Notes under the pieces: generated by a model
What the model was told of the DNA's origin: nothing
The model's input: the letters and a program-made list of their open reading frames with translations, nothing else
The model's database searches: none
From: Mobula hypostoma
Lineage: Eukaryota
Direction of reading: 5' to 3'
Assembly (NCBI RefSeq): GCF_963921235.1
Contig: NC_086107.1
Span: 97,404,001-97,468,000, forward strand
DNA length: 64,000 nucleotides
Translations under genes and position numbers: made by a program
Part shown: one piece after another, positions 1-13,039 of the stretch
Position numbering within the stretch: the first letter of the stretch is position 1
Layout: every line of letters starts with the position of its first letter

Positions 1-3000
1 TCTGGAGAGAGACAACACAAAACAGGTCCTTTAGTTCTTCAACGTCCATAATCCCCATTTCCCCACTTTTCACTGACCTCCACATCTCCATCAACCCTCC
101 CCAGATTCAACTGCTCACCTACACACAAATGCTAATTTACAGTGGCCAGTTAACTTTCTAACTTGTGCGTTTTGGGAAGGAAACCACATCACCTAGGAGA
201 CTGCATGTTCCCACAGGGAGATCATGCAAACACCACACAGACAGCATTGGAGGTCAGGATTAGGCCAGGTCAGTAGCACTACTCTCACCCCATTCAGCCA
301 CCATTTACTGCGAGGAATAGTTGGAGTAGGATTGGCTTTTGCTCGCTGGAGTCTGGAGGAACGAGGGGACTTTGTACTGAAGTATGAAGTTCCTGGGGCA
401 GGTGGATGGCTCCATGCAGAGGGATTGGTTCCTCAGGCTGATGAAGAACCCACAGTGATCAGACACAGCACCAAGAGGAAGGGAAATCCCTTCACTCAAA
501 GGGTTGCCAGCATTTGGAGATCTCCACTCCAGAAAGCCGGATTTCTCTGCCCTGAGGGAACAGGGCAGCAAAGGCACGTGCAGGACGAATGGCTGCTGTC
601 TCACTGTTCCAGTAAACCATGGTTAAATCTGACCTCCACCCGTGTATGTCTGCACTTTCTCCACGTGACTGGAGAGTCAACAAACTGCGGATGCTGCAAC
701 CTGGAGCAACAAGGAAGCAGCTGGAAGAACTGATGCAGCATTTCGACCCGAAACATCAGATGTTCCTCCCCTCCCATGGATCCTACTTCTGGAATATTGT
801 TTGCCTGTCCCTGTGACCGCATGGATCTCCTCCAGGTGTTCCAGTCTCCCAGGGACCCTGCAAGTTAATGGGTTAATTGACTGCTGTAGATTGCTCCTAG
901 AGTGCACACAAGAAGTCGAATGTGGGAGATTTGTTGGGAACGTAGGGAGGATGAAATGGGATGAATGTGAATTGGTGCCTGATAGTCAGCACAGACTCAA
1001 TGGGCCAAAGGGCCTTTTTCTGTGACTCTATAGTCAAGGCTGAAACTAGCGGGGTTTTGAACACTAAAGGTATTAGTGGAATCAGGGAATGGGTAGGAAA
1101 GGGGATTTGAGTTGGAGGATCTTGGCAAGTGGTGGAGAGCTGAAGGTGCAACATTTGCCCACTGCTACACTTCTCTAACTCGACTTTGTGATGAAAACTC
1201 CGAGGATGTGTCCAACAGGAGCGAGTGAACTCTGCTCTCAGCTGAAACCAGTTGTACAGAGGTTTAATTTCTGTTTGCTGTGCTTGGTTGTGTCCTGGGC
1301 TGCCCGCTCCAGTGAAGGACCCGCTCGGCCTGTGGCTGTTCCTTGGGAGGACTGAACTCCAGAATCCCCTCCTGCAGTCAGGGTAGGGTTTCCTATGAAC
1401 AGCTAACGGAGGATGGGTGACCCTGCCATGCTGGACGCCCAGAGTAACAGCCAGTGCCTGTTTTACCTGTCTGGGTAGGTGGGTGGGTGTCAGCTGGGGG
1501 GTTTCTGGTAGGAAGTAGTTGTGGTCAGCATCACTCCAGAACAACTCCATTCTCGGTGCAGCCTGTGGCTGTGAAACAACCTGAAAGTGGAATCTTGCTC
1601 AGCGGCTCCTTTCGAGTATGGTGGCACAGCTGTTAGAACTGCTGTCTTTATGAGACATAGGAGCAGAATTAGACCATCTGGTCCATTGAGTCTTCTCTGC
1701 CATTCCATCATGGCTGATTTATAGAATATAGAACAGTACAGCACAGGAGCAGGCCATTCGGCCCACAACATTGTGCTGGACCAGCTAAAAAATAAATCAA
1801 AAAATACCCAAAAACCAATCCCTCCAACCTACACAATGTTTATATCCCTCCATCTTCCTCACATCAATGTTCCTGTCAAAACATTCCTTTAAAGCCTCTA
1901 ATGGATTTGCCTCTACCACCATACCAGCTACTCTGAGTAAAAAACTTACCCCTCACATTCACCTTGAACCTACTCCCTCTCATCTTCAATGCATGCCCTC
2001 TGGTGTTGGACGTTTGAACCCTGGGAAACAGATACTCCCTATCTATGCCTCTCATAATCTTATAAACCTCTATCAGATCTCCCCTCAGCATCCGGCGCTC
2101 CAGAGAAAACAACCCAAGCTTGTCCAGCCTCTCATCCTAGCACACACCCTCTAAACCAGGCAGCATCCTGGCAAACCTCTTCTGCAACCGTCTCCAAAGC
2201 CTCAACTTCCTCCCTGAAGTGAGGCAGCCTGACCTGTATGCAATACTCCAGGCCAAACCAGAACTTTATAAAGTTATCCTCCTCAACCCCATCCTCCAGT
2301 AACCTTTTGACACCCTTTCTAATCAAGAGCCTATAAACCTCCACTTCAAATACACCCAAATTCAAATACATCCCTCATTCTGAGTCTGTGCCCTCTGGTC
2401 CTAGACTGTCCCACTGTAGGAAACATCCTCTCCACATCCACTCTCTCTAGGTCTTTCACAGGTCCAGTGACTCAGGTTCGATCCTGACCTCGGGTACTGT
2501 CAGCGTGGAGTTATTTTATGCTTTCATAGATTTTATTCCTACTGTATGCAGTAAATATAATGAGGATATATCTTTCCCAGGGGTCTTCGATATACAGCAT
2601 GGAAGCAGGCTCTGCAGGCCACAGAAACTGTGCTGTCCATCAGTACCTACTTATGCACAAATCCCTGTCTAACCCTTTTAATTTTCCTGACATCCAGTCA
2701 AGTAACATTTATTATCAAAGTACACACAATATATGTTACCATATGTTAGCTTGAATTCCATTTTCTTGCAGGCCTTTACAGCAAAATAAAGAAATATTGA
2801 ATTCATGAAAAACCGAACACGAACAAAGACTGGCATTCCCTTTCCCTCCGCTTCTAACTCACCTGCATATTGGGGCAATTTACCGCGGCCAGTTACCCTG
2901 CCAAGAATTTTCAGGGCTGGAATCATGAATCAAGATTGACTTAGTTGTTGCATGGCTTCCCTTTTGCATGGATATGGGGAGAAAATCGCTTCTTCTGGCA

Positions 3001-5119
3001 CAGATATGATTGGGATGGAAGCAGACATGGGTGGGAGCAAAGTTGGCATTGAGGACTCTTCGTTTCTGGGATGGATATTGAGCGGAACATCCCACAAGGA
3101 ACCTCACCTAGTTTTGTGACTTCAACCTCATCTTCCATGGCATTCACTGTATCAGAAATTCATGACACTTCCTCATGACCTATTAGCATTGCTCGTGTCT
3201 CCTCTTTAAATTAGGGAGCGAGAAAGGGATGGTCATCTTGATGTGGTTAAAGAACTTCACGATTACTCAGTGGGAGTTAGAAGAACAGAAAGTAGGCAGA
3301 TAGTAAAGTGTGTAAAAGTAATGGGGTCATAGTAAGAGAGAGGCTTTGTAGATCAGTGCCAGTGATCTGGGTTCAATTCCTGTCACCGTCTGTAAGGAGT
3401 TTGTACGTTCTCCCTGTGACCAGATGGGTTTGCTGCAGTTTCCTCCCACATTCTGAAAACGCACGGGTTAGGGTCAGTAAGTCGTGGGGAAGCTGGTGCC
3501 AGAAGCGCAGGACAATTGTGGGCTACCCCCAGGACGTCCTCGCACTGTGTTGGCTGTTGATGGAATCGATGCATTTCACTGTACGTTTTGATGTACATGT
3601 GATAAATAAAGCTGAGCTTAAATCTAATCTGTAATGGGGAATTTAATTTTCCCAATATTGACTGGGATTGTCTTAGTGCAAAGAACTTAGAGCACAGAAC
3701 AGGACAACACAGGAACAGGCCCCTTGACTCACGATGCTGTGCCAGAATAATTAAATTACTAATCAAATGCCCAGCTAAACTAATACCATCTGCCATAAAA
3801 ACACTCATGGCCTTCCACTGCCTATCGAAGACCCTCATGAACGCCTCTATCATATCTGCCTCCACCACCACCCCACGCATCACAGTGCAGGCATTCACCA
3901 CTCTCTGTGTGAAAAAAAGACCTTTCCCATCCCTTTCACCCTAAATACATGCCCTCTGGTATCAGACATTTCAACCCTGGGAAAGAGATACTGACTGTCT
4001 ACTTTACTCATGCCTCTCATAATCTTATAAACTTCTCTCAGGTCCCCCCTCAGCCCCTGATGGTTCAGAGAAAACAACCCAAGTCTGCCCAACCTCTCCT
4101 TGTAGCACGTTGCCTCTAATCCAGACTGCATCCTGGTAAGGCTCTTCTACCCTCTCTCCGGGGCCTCCTCATTCCTCCTGCAACAGGACGACCAGAACGA
4201 ATGTGTAGATGGTGTGAACTCAGAAAACGTATCCACTTGGGTTTTATGAAGCAGTATGTACACAGTCCTACAACAGAGTGAGGTGGACCTGCCCTTGTCT
4301 TAGGAAATGATTGATGTGTCTGTGGAGGAGCCCTCTGGGAACACAGACCATAGTTCGGTAAACTTGAAGGTGTTCTTGGAGAAAGTTAAAGCTGGAGCAG
4401 GGGATGGGGCCCTGAAGGTGGATTCTGATGACATAAGTCGGGACCTGCTTGAAGAAGTCTGGGAGCATTTGCTGGAGGGGAAAGCAACCGCTGACAAATG
4501 GGAGGTGTTTAAAGGTAAGAACTCAGAGTCAGCAGGTCCCTGTAAGGATAAGGAGCAAAGATGGTAAGTTTAGAGAAGCTTGGTTGACAAAGCAAACTGA
4601 AGGTATGATCAGTGAAAAGAAGGAGGTGAATGGCAGGTATGGCAACTTGGCATTGAGGAGTATTGGCTAATTATTGTCTCATGTACCAAGGTACAGAGAA
4701 AAGCTTGTCTTGAACAATAACAATGCAGAATAAAGTGTAACAGCTTTATGGTGGGGAGCATTCTGACTGGCTGCATCACCGTCTGGTATGAGGTTGGGGG
4801 TTACTGCACAGGATTGAAATAAACTGCAGAGAGTTGTAAACTTAGCCAGCTCCATCATGGGCACCGGCCTCCATAGTATCCAGGACGTCTTCAAGGAGCA
4901 GTGCCTCAGAAAGGTGGCATCCATCATTAAGGACTCCCATCACCTGGGACATAACTTGTTCTCATTGCTACCATCAGGGAGGAGGTACAGGAGCCTGAAG
5001 GCACACACTCAGTGATTCAGGAACAGCTTCTTCCCCTTTGCCATCAGATTTCTTAATGAACATTGAACCTATGGACACTACATCACTACTTTTTTATTTT
5101 TATTTTTACACATTTTTTT

Positions 5120-6580
5120 TTCACTCCTTATGGGTGGTGTGTATCTACATTTTCCCCAAATCCTAAGGTCCTCTACCAGAGACCTGGGAGCTTGGGGACT
5201 CAGCACAGTATCTTTGTTGTTCTTGGTAGAGTGCTCTTCTGGACCGAGATCTCAGATGTTGTTCCCTGGGTTTGTCGGAGCCACTGTCCCAGTCCAAGTG
5301 TCACAACCCCAAGTGCTCCTATCACCACTGGGATTACTCTGGCTTTAAGCTTCCACATCCTTTCTGTCTGCTCTTTCGAGCCCTGGTACTTCTCCAGCTT
5401 CTCATATTCTTTCTCCCTGATGTTACTGTCGTTGGGGATTGCCACATCTATTACTATTGCTTTCTTCTGTTCCTTGTCCAGTATTACTATGTCTGGTTGG
5501 TTGGCCAGTACCTGCTTATCAGTCTGTATTTGGACATCCCACAGTTTCTTAGCTCTGTCATTCACCACTCCCTTCTCGGATGTTTCCCAATTGGACTTGG
5601 GAGTGTCCAATCTATTCATACAGATGTTTCTATACACAACTCCTGCAACCTGGTTGTGCCATTCAGTGTATGCTGCCTCTGCCTGCAGCTTGTGCCCTGA
5701 TACTATGTGCTGGACGGTTTCAGCAGCTTCCTTGCACAGTCTGCATCTTGGGTCTTGTCTGGTGTGACAGCCCCCTGCTTCTTTTGTTGTTGTGCTCAGT
5801 GCCCGTTCTTATGTAGCCATGAGCAGCACCTCTGCTGTCCCTCAGCCCTGACACTTCCAGCCATTGGTAGGACCTCCTTATGTCAGCCACCTCTGATATC
5901 TGATGATGGTACATCTCATGCAGTGGCTTATCCTGCCATGGCCTCTGGTCCTCTAGCTCTGCTTCACCCACTTCCATATCCATGTCCCCTGCATGCTGTA
6001 TGAGGTATTCTCCTAGCAGGTCGTCCTTGGGGGCCATCTTTCTGCCATGCTCATGGATGTTTTCCATTTCTTCCAGGACTGAGTCCTTGACATTTCCAAA
6101 TCCCCATCCTCCTTTAACTGGCGGGTTTACAGTCACTTGATGTTGGACTTTGGGTGGAATCCTCCATATATTGCCAGTAGTTTCCAAGTCTTGATATCAG
6201 CAGCTTCCAGTTCATTCCTTGGCCAGCGCACTATTGCAGCTGGGTATCTGATGACTGGTTGGAGTGAACATGCTGATGGCTTTGATCTTATTCTTCCCAT
6301 TTCTAGGACCTGTCTCACTCTTTGGAGGTACTTGAAGTTGCAGCCTTCCCTGTGTCCTCATCGTGGCTTCCTTGTACCTGCAGGCTCCCCAGATATTTGT
6401 AGCTGTCTGTACATCCAGTATGTAGCCTTCGGGTAACTCGACTCCTTCAGTCTTGATGAGTTTGCCTCCTTTCACTACCATCCAGCTGCAATTTTCCAGT
6501 CCAAATGACATCCCGATGTCTCTGCTGAACACCCTTGTCAGGTGGACTAGTGAGTCAATGGCTCTTTCATTTCTCCAACA
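5120..6580 (-). mobile_element. R4/Dong(Rex6)-clade non-LTR retrotransposon, 3' part (RT end plus restriction-like endonuclease), decayed
   Basis: FSRDIGMSFGLENC (RT); LWDVQIQTDKQVLANQPDIVILDKEQKKAIVIDVAIP...KEYEKLEKY...PVVIGALG (PD..D REL endonuclease). Confidence 0.85.
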
Positions 6581-7899
6581 TGAAGTTAATGGAACGCTAC
6601 TTCAACAGCAACCCACATCAAGGAGGATACATCAAGCGCGTGTGGGGACTCTGGCAATAGCGAAGACCATTGTCCACATGTACTGCTGCTGCAAGGACAA
6701 CAAAGCCGGAGATATTACACCTGATTCTGACTCCAAAGAGCTACAGAGACAGTGCAGTGCAGGTAAACAAGGGTGGATATATGGAACAAGCTCCCAGAGG
6801 ATGTGGTTGAAGCAGGTACAAATTAAACGTCGAAAAGGCCTTTGGACAGGCACTTGGTTGAGAAAGGTGGCTCAATGTGAGCAGGTGGGATTGGTGTAGA
6901 TAGGCATCACAGTCAGCACCGAGGCAGTGGGCTGAAGGGCCAGCTTCTCCATGGTAACGGGTCTATCATTCTGTGAAAAAATGTGCCCGTGAGGTGCCTA
7001 AGAGGCTGTGACTCAGGGCCCACCCGTTCAGTAAGACCAGAACAACAAGAGGCTTTTAAAAGATATGTTTGAACAGGCATATGGATATAAGGAAGATGGA
7101 GGAATATGGGCATGGTGTAGTTTGGAAGGATTAGTGTTTGGCTGTTTTGATTTGCTTTTTAGTTGGTTCAGCATCACAATGTGGGCCGAATGGCCTCCTC
7201 CCGTGTTGTACTGCTCTGTGTTCTATATTCTAACCAGCCTTGGCAGCGGCTGCACCAGGCTTTGCAGGTTCAAAAGTCGTAAAGTCATTCAGCAAGGAAA
7301 CAGGCCTCTCAGCCCAATTTAGCCATGCTGACCGTGATGTTTGTCTATTCCAATCCCATTTGCCTGTGCTTGGTCCATATCCCACAAAACCTCTCCTGTC
7401 CCCTATCTGTCCTTTAAACATTGTAATCAGAGGCTGGGTTGGAGCCACAGCACCTCATTGATGCACAGTGGCCAAAAAAACCCTCTTCAACATCTCCCCA
7501 CAACCTCTTCCCCACTCGACCACCGTCAATATTCCACCAAATGTCAGTGTGTTCCCCCAGGGGTGCTCTAAGAGAGGTCTGGGCAAACTCCTCAGGTCTT
7601 TGCCCCCTCCTGCTTCACCCTCCACCCCCACCCCCAGGCGTTAGCACACAGCTAGTGGCTTGCAGATGTGCAGAGGTCACGCCATGCCTGGGAATCGGGT
7701 TTTGGGCCTGTTGCCCGTGGTATAAATAGAACACTTAATGTCCTGCAGCAGGTCCATCGTCTGCAGGCTTCTCTGTTCAGTCAATGTGGCCGAATGCCAT
7801 GCGGATAGAGTAGCCTGTTCAGTTATTCCCTGCAGTATCGGGTGACCCTTGTGCAAAAACCAGGGCCAGTGACACACTGGCGCCTTGTGCTGGGGGAGG

Positions 7900-8880
7900 C
7901 GGTGGTAGACCGGAAGAGGACAATTGAAGGATCGGCCAGACGCAGGAGGGACAAACGCAACGATCACAGAGGCAAAGAGAGAATATGATCCACTATGTTT
8001 GTGCTGGGACCTCGTAACACTTCAGGCACATGGGTCCTGAGCGCTGGAAGAGGGAGGGGGGACCTTGGTAGATTGATCCCCCTGATCTGCCTGACCTGGA
8101 ACAGATCAGGGACCTTGCACTGGGCTCAGGGGCACAGTGCAAGTCATTCAGGCTTCTCTTCAAGAAACACTGCAGTAGGGCCTGTCACCAACGAGCTGCC
8201 AAATGAAGCAGCATACACACTGGGCAGAGAGCAGCCATTCAGCCCATGTGCCTGTACTAGTCCCTTGAAGTTGCATTCCAATTGGTGTCCCTCCCCTGTT
8301 CTTGCTCCACAGCCCTTTCCCACCGCTCAGGACCAACACGCCTGAAGCGTTACAAACATAGATCATACTCTCCTTGTGTTTGGCTGATCTCTCAACCTTC
8401 CTCTTCCGGCCTACCACCACTTCCGCCCTGCATGATGATGGTCAGATGCATTTGTTTTTGGGAATTACCAGCCAGGACACAGAGGATGGATGGAGGGGGG
8501 GATGGTAACTGTCCTGGGCCTCAGGGCAGTGACCCGGGTTTCTCTGAGGGGGCAGTCGGGGTGGGGGGGGGTGCTTGGTTTAACACCTGGTTAGAAAGGC
8601 AGCACTCCAGCAGTGAGCAACACCCAATTCACCCGTGGAGCCTCGAGCTCAGGCCTGGAGGCTGCTTGCTGGGCCACAGCTCCGTGCAGGCAGGGAGATG
8701 ATCGGCAGAAGAGGCAAAGCGAGGAGTTGAGGGAGGGGAAGTCTGACATACCCTCAAGTGACTCAGACTCAACATCAGCAAGGCAACTGGAGGATGGGGT
8801 CTGGGCTCCCAGAGTAAACCAGTCCCCCTGCCCCATCACAAAGCTGTTGGGCAGCCTCTTTAAGAACCACAACTAATTAT
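7900..8880 (+). mobile_element. Ancient PIF/Harbinger transposase relic
   Basis: SGTLH..GFS, VTNEL..AAY, WCPSPVLAP, GWMEG, WFNTWLER and an acidic tail follow the order of HARBI1-type motifs SGSFQ..GIS, VTDAL, DCTHVAIKAP, GWLLG, RFRCLDR. Similarity is weak. Confidence 0.4.
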
Positions 8881-11800
8881 CCCTCACTCACCCATGAAGG
8901 ACCCATCTGAATCTCCAGCCACTGAACTCTGGGGGCGATTAACCCACTGACTCACCTATCTATTCTGGAGGGAGATTAGAGCATGGGGGGGACGACCCAC
9001 ATGGTCGCAAGGAGAACGTGCAGACTCTGCGCAGACAGTGCCAGAGGTCAAGATTGAACCTGAGAGGCTGCAGGTCCAGCTGGGATCCATTGGCCCTTGC
9101 GGACTGAGAAGTTCCCAACTGCAGAGTGGAGATACAGTCACATTTGCAGTACCTGCATCCTTATTTAAGGAGGGGTGAAGGTCCATTGGAGTGAGTCAAG
9201 TAGGTTTCTGAGATGAACGGTTAACTTTCAGAGGATCGAGCAGCTTCAACCTTCATCCTCTAAAGCTGAGCGAGAGTCCAGAAGAAGATAATGAGAATGA
9301 TCCCAGGAAGGAAGGGGTTAATTTATGAGGATTTGATGGTTCTGGGCCTGTACTCGCTGGCGTTTAGAAGAATGGGGGTGGGGTGGGGGGTAGAGAATCC
9401 CAATATTTGAAACCCATCAAATATTGAAAGGCCTGATAAGAGTGGGTGTGGGGAGGATATTTCCAATAGTTGGGTGTCTAGGACCAGAGGGTACAGTCTC
9501 AGAATAGAAGGAATCTCTTTAGAATGGAGATTAGGAGGATTCTCTAACTAGAGGGTGGTGTATCTGTGGAATTGATTGCCAGACAGGTGTGGAGGCCAAC
9601 TCATTGGGAATGTTTAAAGCGGAGGTTGATAGGTTCTTGGTTAGTCGGGGTATCAAAGGTTACGGGGAGAAGGTGGAGAATGGGGTTAAGAGGTAAATAG
9701 ATTAGCCATGATGGAATGGCAGAACAGACTCAATGGGCCGAATAGCCTAGTTCTACTCCTATGACATGGCCTTTCGGTCCTCTGTGCCCTGCTCGCCCTG
9801 ACTGGTGGGTTAGCCTAGGGACAATACCCCCCTCTCCGTGACCCCTGACAGTATGGAGGAGAGAAATGGAAGCCAGCTGAACCTACTGGAGCAGGCGAAG
9901 ATCCCGCTTCTCAGAAACAGCCTGCAGAGTGGGTGACTAAACGAGGTACGACCCGAGGGCTTTGTCACACTCGTCTGCAGCACAATCTCCCAGGTCTGTC
10001 AGTTTAATGGGAGGTACAGGGAAACAGCCTAATTACCACCCCTGCCCCGTGAAGCTTAATTGATTAGCTTCCCTGTGAAAATGTTGCCTCCGTAATTACA
10101 TCTGAGCTGACACATTGGATAAGGGCTCGGCTGTAGATGTGCCGCCTTCTCTGCTGCTCGTACAGATCTGCCCGAAGCCCTCTTCCTGAATCCTACCCTT
10201 GACGCACTCTATAAATAACTGGAGCTCAGTGACTTTAACCCCCTCACATCTGCAGAGCGCGGCTCACTGCTCACCAATGGCTTGTTGCTCAGACTGCAAG
10301 GAACTTACAGCTGTCGGTGCTCACTCCCCAGGGCTGCTCCCTGCTCCTGCCAAACCCCTCCCCATCTCTTTCCCCACACAGAAGCAGAACCAAGTTTATT
10401 GTCACTGACGCAGGTCGTGAACTGTGTTATCTTGCAGCAGCCGTACAAAGCAGGGCATTAAAAATAATAGTGACAGAGGAATTTGTTGGGAAAGAATTGA
10501 ACAGTTGGGAGGTAACACACACAAATGCTGGAGGAACTCAGCAGATCAGGCAGCATCTATGGAAATGAATAAAGGGTCTACTTTCTTTATTCTTCAGGAC
10601 TGGAAAGGGAGACCATAAGATTATAAGATACAAGAGCAGAATTAAGCCATTTGGTTCATTGGGTCTGTTCCACCATTTCATCATGGCTGATCCATTTTTC
10701 TTCTCAGCCTCAATCTCCTATCTTTTCCCCACATCCCGGCATGCCCCGACTAATCTAGAATCTATCAACCTCTGCCTTAAATATACCCAATGACTTGGCT
10801 TCCAAAGCCGCCTGTGGCAACAAATCCCTCTGGCTAAAGAAACTCCTCCTCATCTCCATGCTAAAAGGACGTCCCTCTATTCTGAGGCCGTGAAGAGAGA
10901 AGACACCAGAGTAAAAAAGTGGAGGGTGGGGAAGAAGAAGGAGGATAGCTAGAAGATGGTGGGAAAGGTAAAGGGCTGGAGAGGAAGAAATCTGAGAGGA
11001 GAGGGAACCACAGGAGAAAGGGAAGGAGGAGGGGATCCAGGGGGAGGTGATGGGCAGGTGAGAAGAGGTTAGAGGCCAGAGTGTGCAATGGGGGGAGGGG
11101 GGAAGCTTTTTTTTAATCGAAAGGAGAAATCGATATTCATGCCATCAGGTTGGAGGCTACCCAGACAGAGTATAAGGTGTTGCTCCTCACATACTCCTTA
11201 TATAAATTCGTTGAGGTCATTTCTGATAACAGGGCCCAGGACTGGTCCTCCTCTATTGGTATTGGTATTTGTTCATTATTGTCACATGTACCAAGGTCAT
11301 TTCAGAATGTATTGAGCCTACAGTTACCAATAACAATGCAAGATAAAGTGTGAAAAATACCGTAAAGGTGAAGTGCAGTTAAACGATAAAGTGCAAGATC
11401 ATAACGAGCTAGACCGTGAGTCCAAGAGTCCATCTTACCGTCTATTCAAAAAGAGTCTGATGCTAGAGGGACGGAAGCTGCCCATGAGCTTGGGGGGTAC
11501 TGTACATGCTTTCAGGCTTTAGTATCTTCTGCTCGAATGGAGAGGGGAGAAAAGAGAATGTCTGGGATCGCCAAGGCTCTTTGATTATGCTACCTGTTTT
11601 ACTGAGACAGCAACAAGTGTAGACAGAGTCCATGGCTGGGAGGCTGGTTCCTATGACATGTTGAGCTGTGTCCAAAACCCTCCATGGTTTCTTGTAGTCA
11701 CGTTCAAGACAGTTTCCATACCAAGCTGCGATGCTTCCAGACATTGTTGTCAAGGAAAGATGTCAGCAGTTCAGAGAAATTTTATTAGACTAGTTTGTGG

Positions 11801-13039
11801 AATGGATGAGCTCCCTTACAAGGAAATGTTGGACAGGTTAGGCTTGTATCCACCAGAGTTTAGGAGGGGACTCTCCCAGTAAATAGTGAGGTAAGCGTTC
11901 ATGGTCTGTTCAGAATCTGATGGCGAAGGGGAAGAAGCTGTTCTTGAAATATTAGATGTGTGCCTTCAGCTCCTGTACCACCCCGATGGTAGTGATAACA
12001 AGAGGGTGTGTCCCAGGTGCTGAGTGTCTGAAATGATGGATGCCACCTTCCTGAGGCACTGCATCTTGGTGATATCCTCAGTCATGGGGAGGGTTGTGTC
12101 TGTGATGGAGCCAGCTGAGCCTATGACTCTCTGCAGTCCTGTGCATTAGAAGCTCCATATCACACAGTGATGCAAACGAGATCAGTGCTTTTAACAAAAT
12201 GGCTTGTATAATGGAGACACAGGAAAATACAGATGCTGGCATCTGCAGCAAAAATCAAAGTTGGAGGACTGCAGCAGGTCAGGGTCAAAGGTCTCCAGCT
12301 GAAATGCCCACTGTCCACTTTCCTCCACAGACACTGCCTGACCCGTCGAGTTCCTCTAGTAGTTTGTTTTTCTTTTCAAAACAGAAATGATCACCTGTTT
12401 GAGAGGAGCTGTTTTCTCTTCGGGAGCCTCTGGGATTCATCCTCAAAGGCCACTGTGAGCGGAGAGTTGGAATATTTCTAAGGCAGAGCTAGACATCTGC
12501 TTGATAAGTGGTGGGGAGAGGAGGGGAGGTTACAGCGGGTCACCGAGCTTACATCAGATCAGCCACGCACTCTTCAAATCGTGAACAGGCTTGAGGGACC
12601 GAGTGGCCTGCTCCCACTCCTCGTGGGTACATCTCAGTGTCTACGATGTAACGTTCATTCCCTCATCTCACCCCGTTTGTCATATGTACTGCCTAAAATC
12701 TTTCTCAGACCAGTTCTGTGCACCGACACTGTCCTGGGGCTTTGTGTGTGTGCGTGCGAGCGCGCACATGGGAGAGAGTGTGTACAAGAGAAAGCATTGT
12801 GTGTATGTGAGGCAGTGTTACATATGTCAGGTGAGAAAGTGTCTAGTTGTATATGTGTGTCAGTCTGTGAGAGAGAGACCATTGTGGGTGAGAGTGTATG
12901 TGTCTCACAGAGCTTGTGCGTGTGTGTGTGTGTGTGTATAGATGTGTGTGTACGTGTGTGTGTGCATATCCATGTGCGTGTGCACTTACGTGGTGTACGT
13001 GCGCGTGAACTTGATAATCACTATTTTGGACACGTTTCT

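Noticed and set aside
5063..5767. 234-aa hydrophobic + strand ORF
   Set aside because: Antisense shadow of the R4-type endonuclease region.
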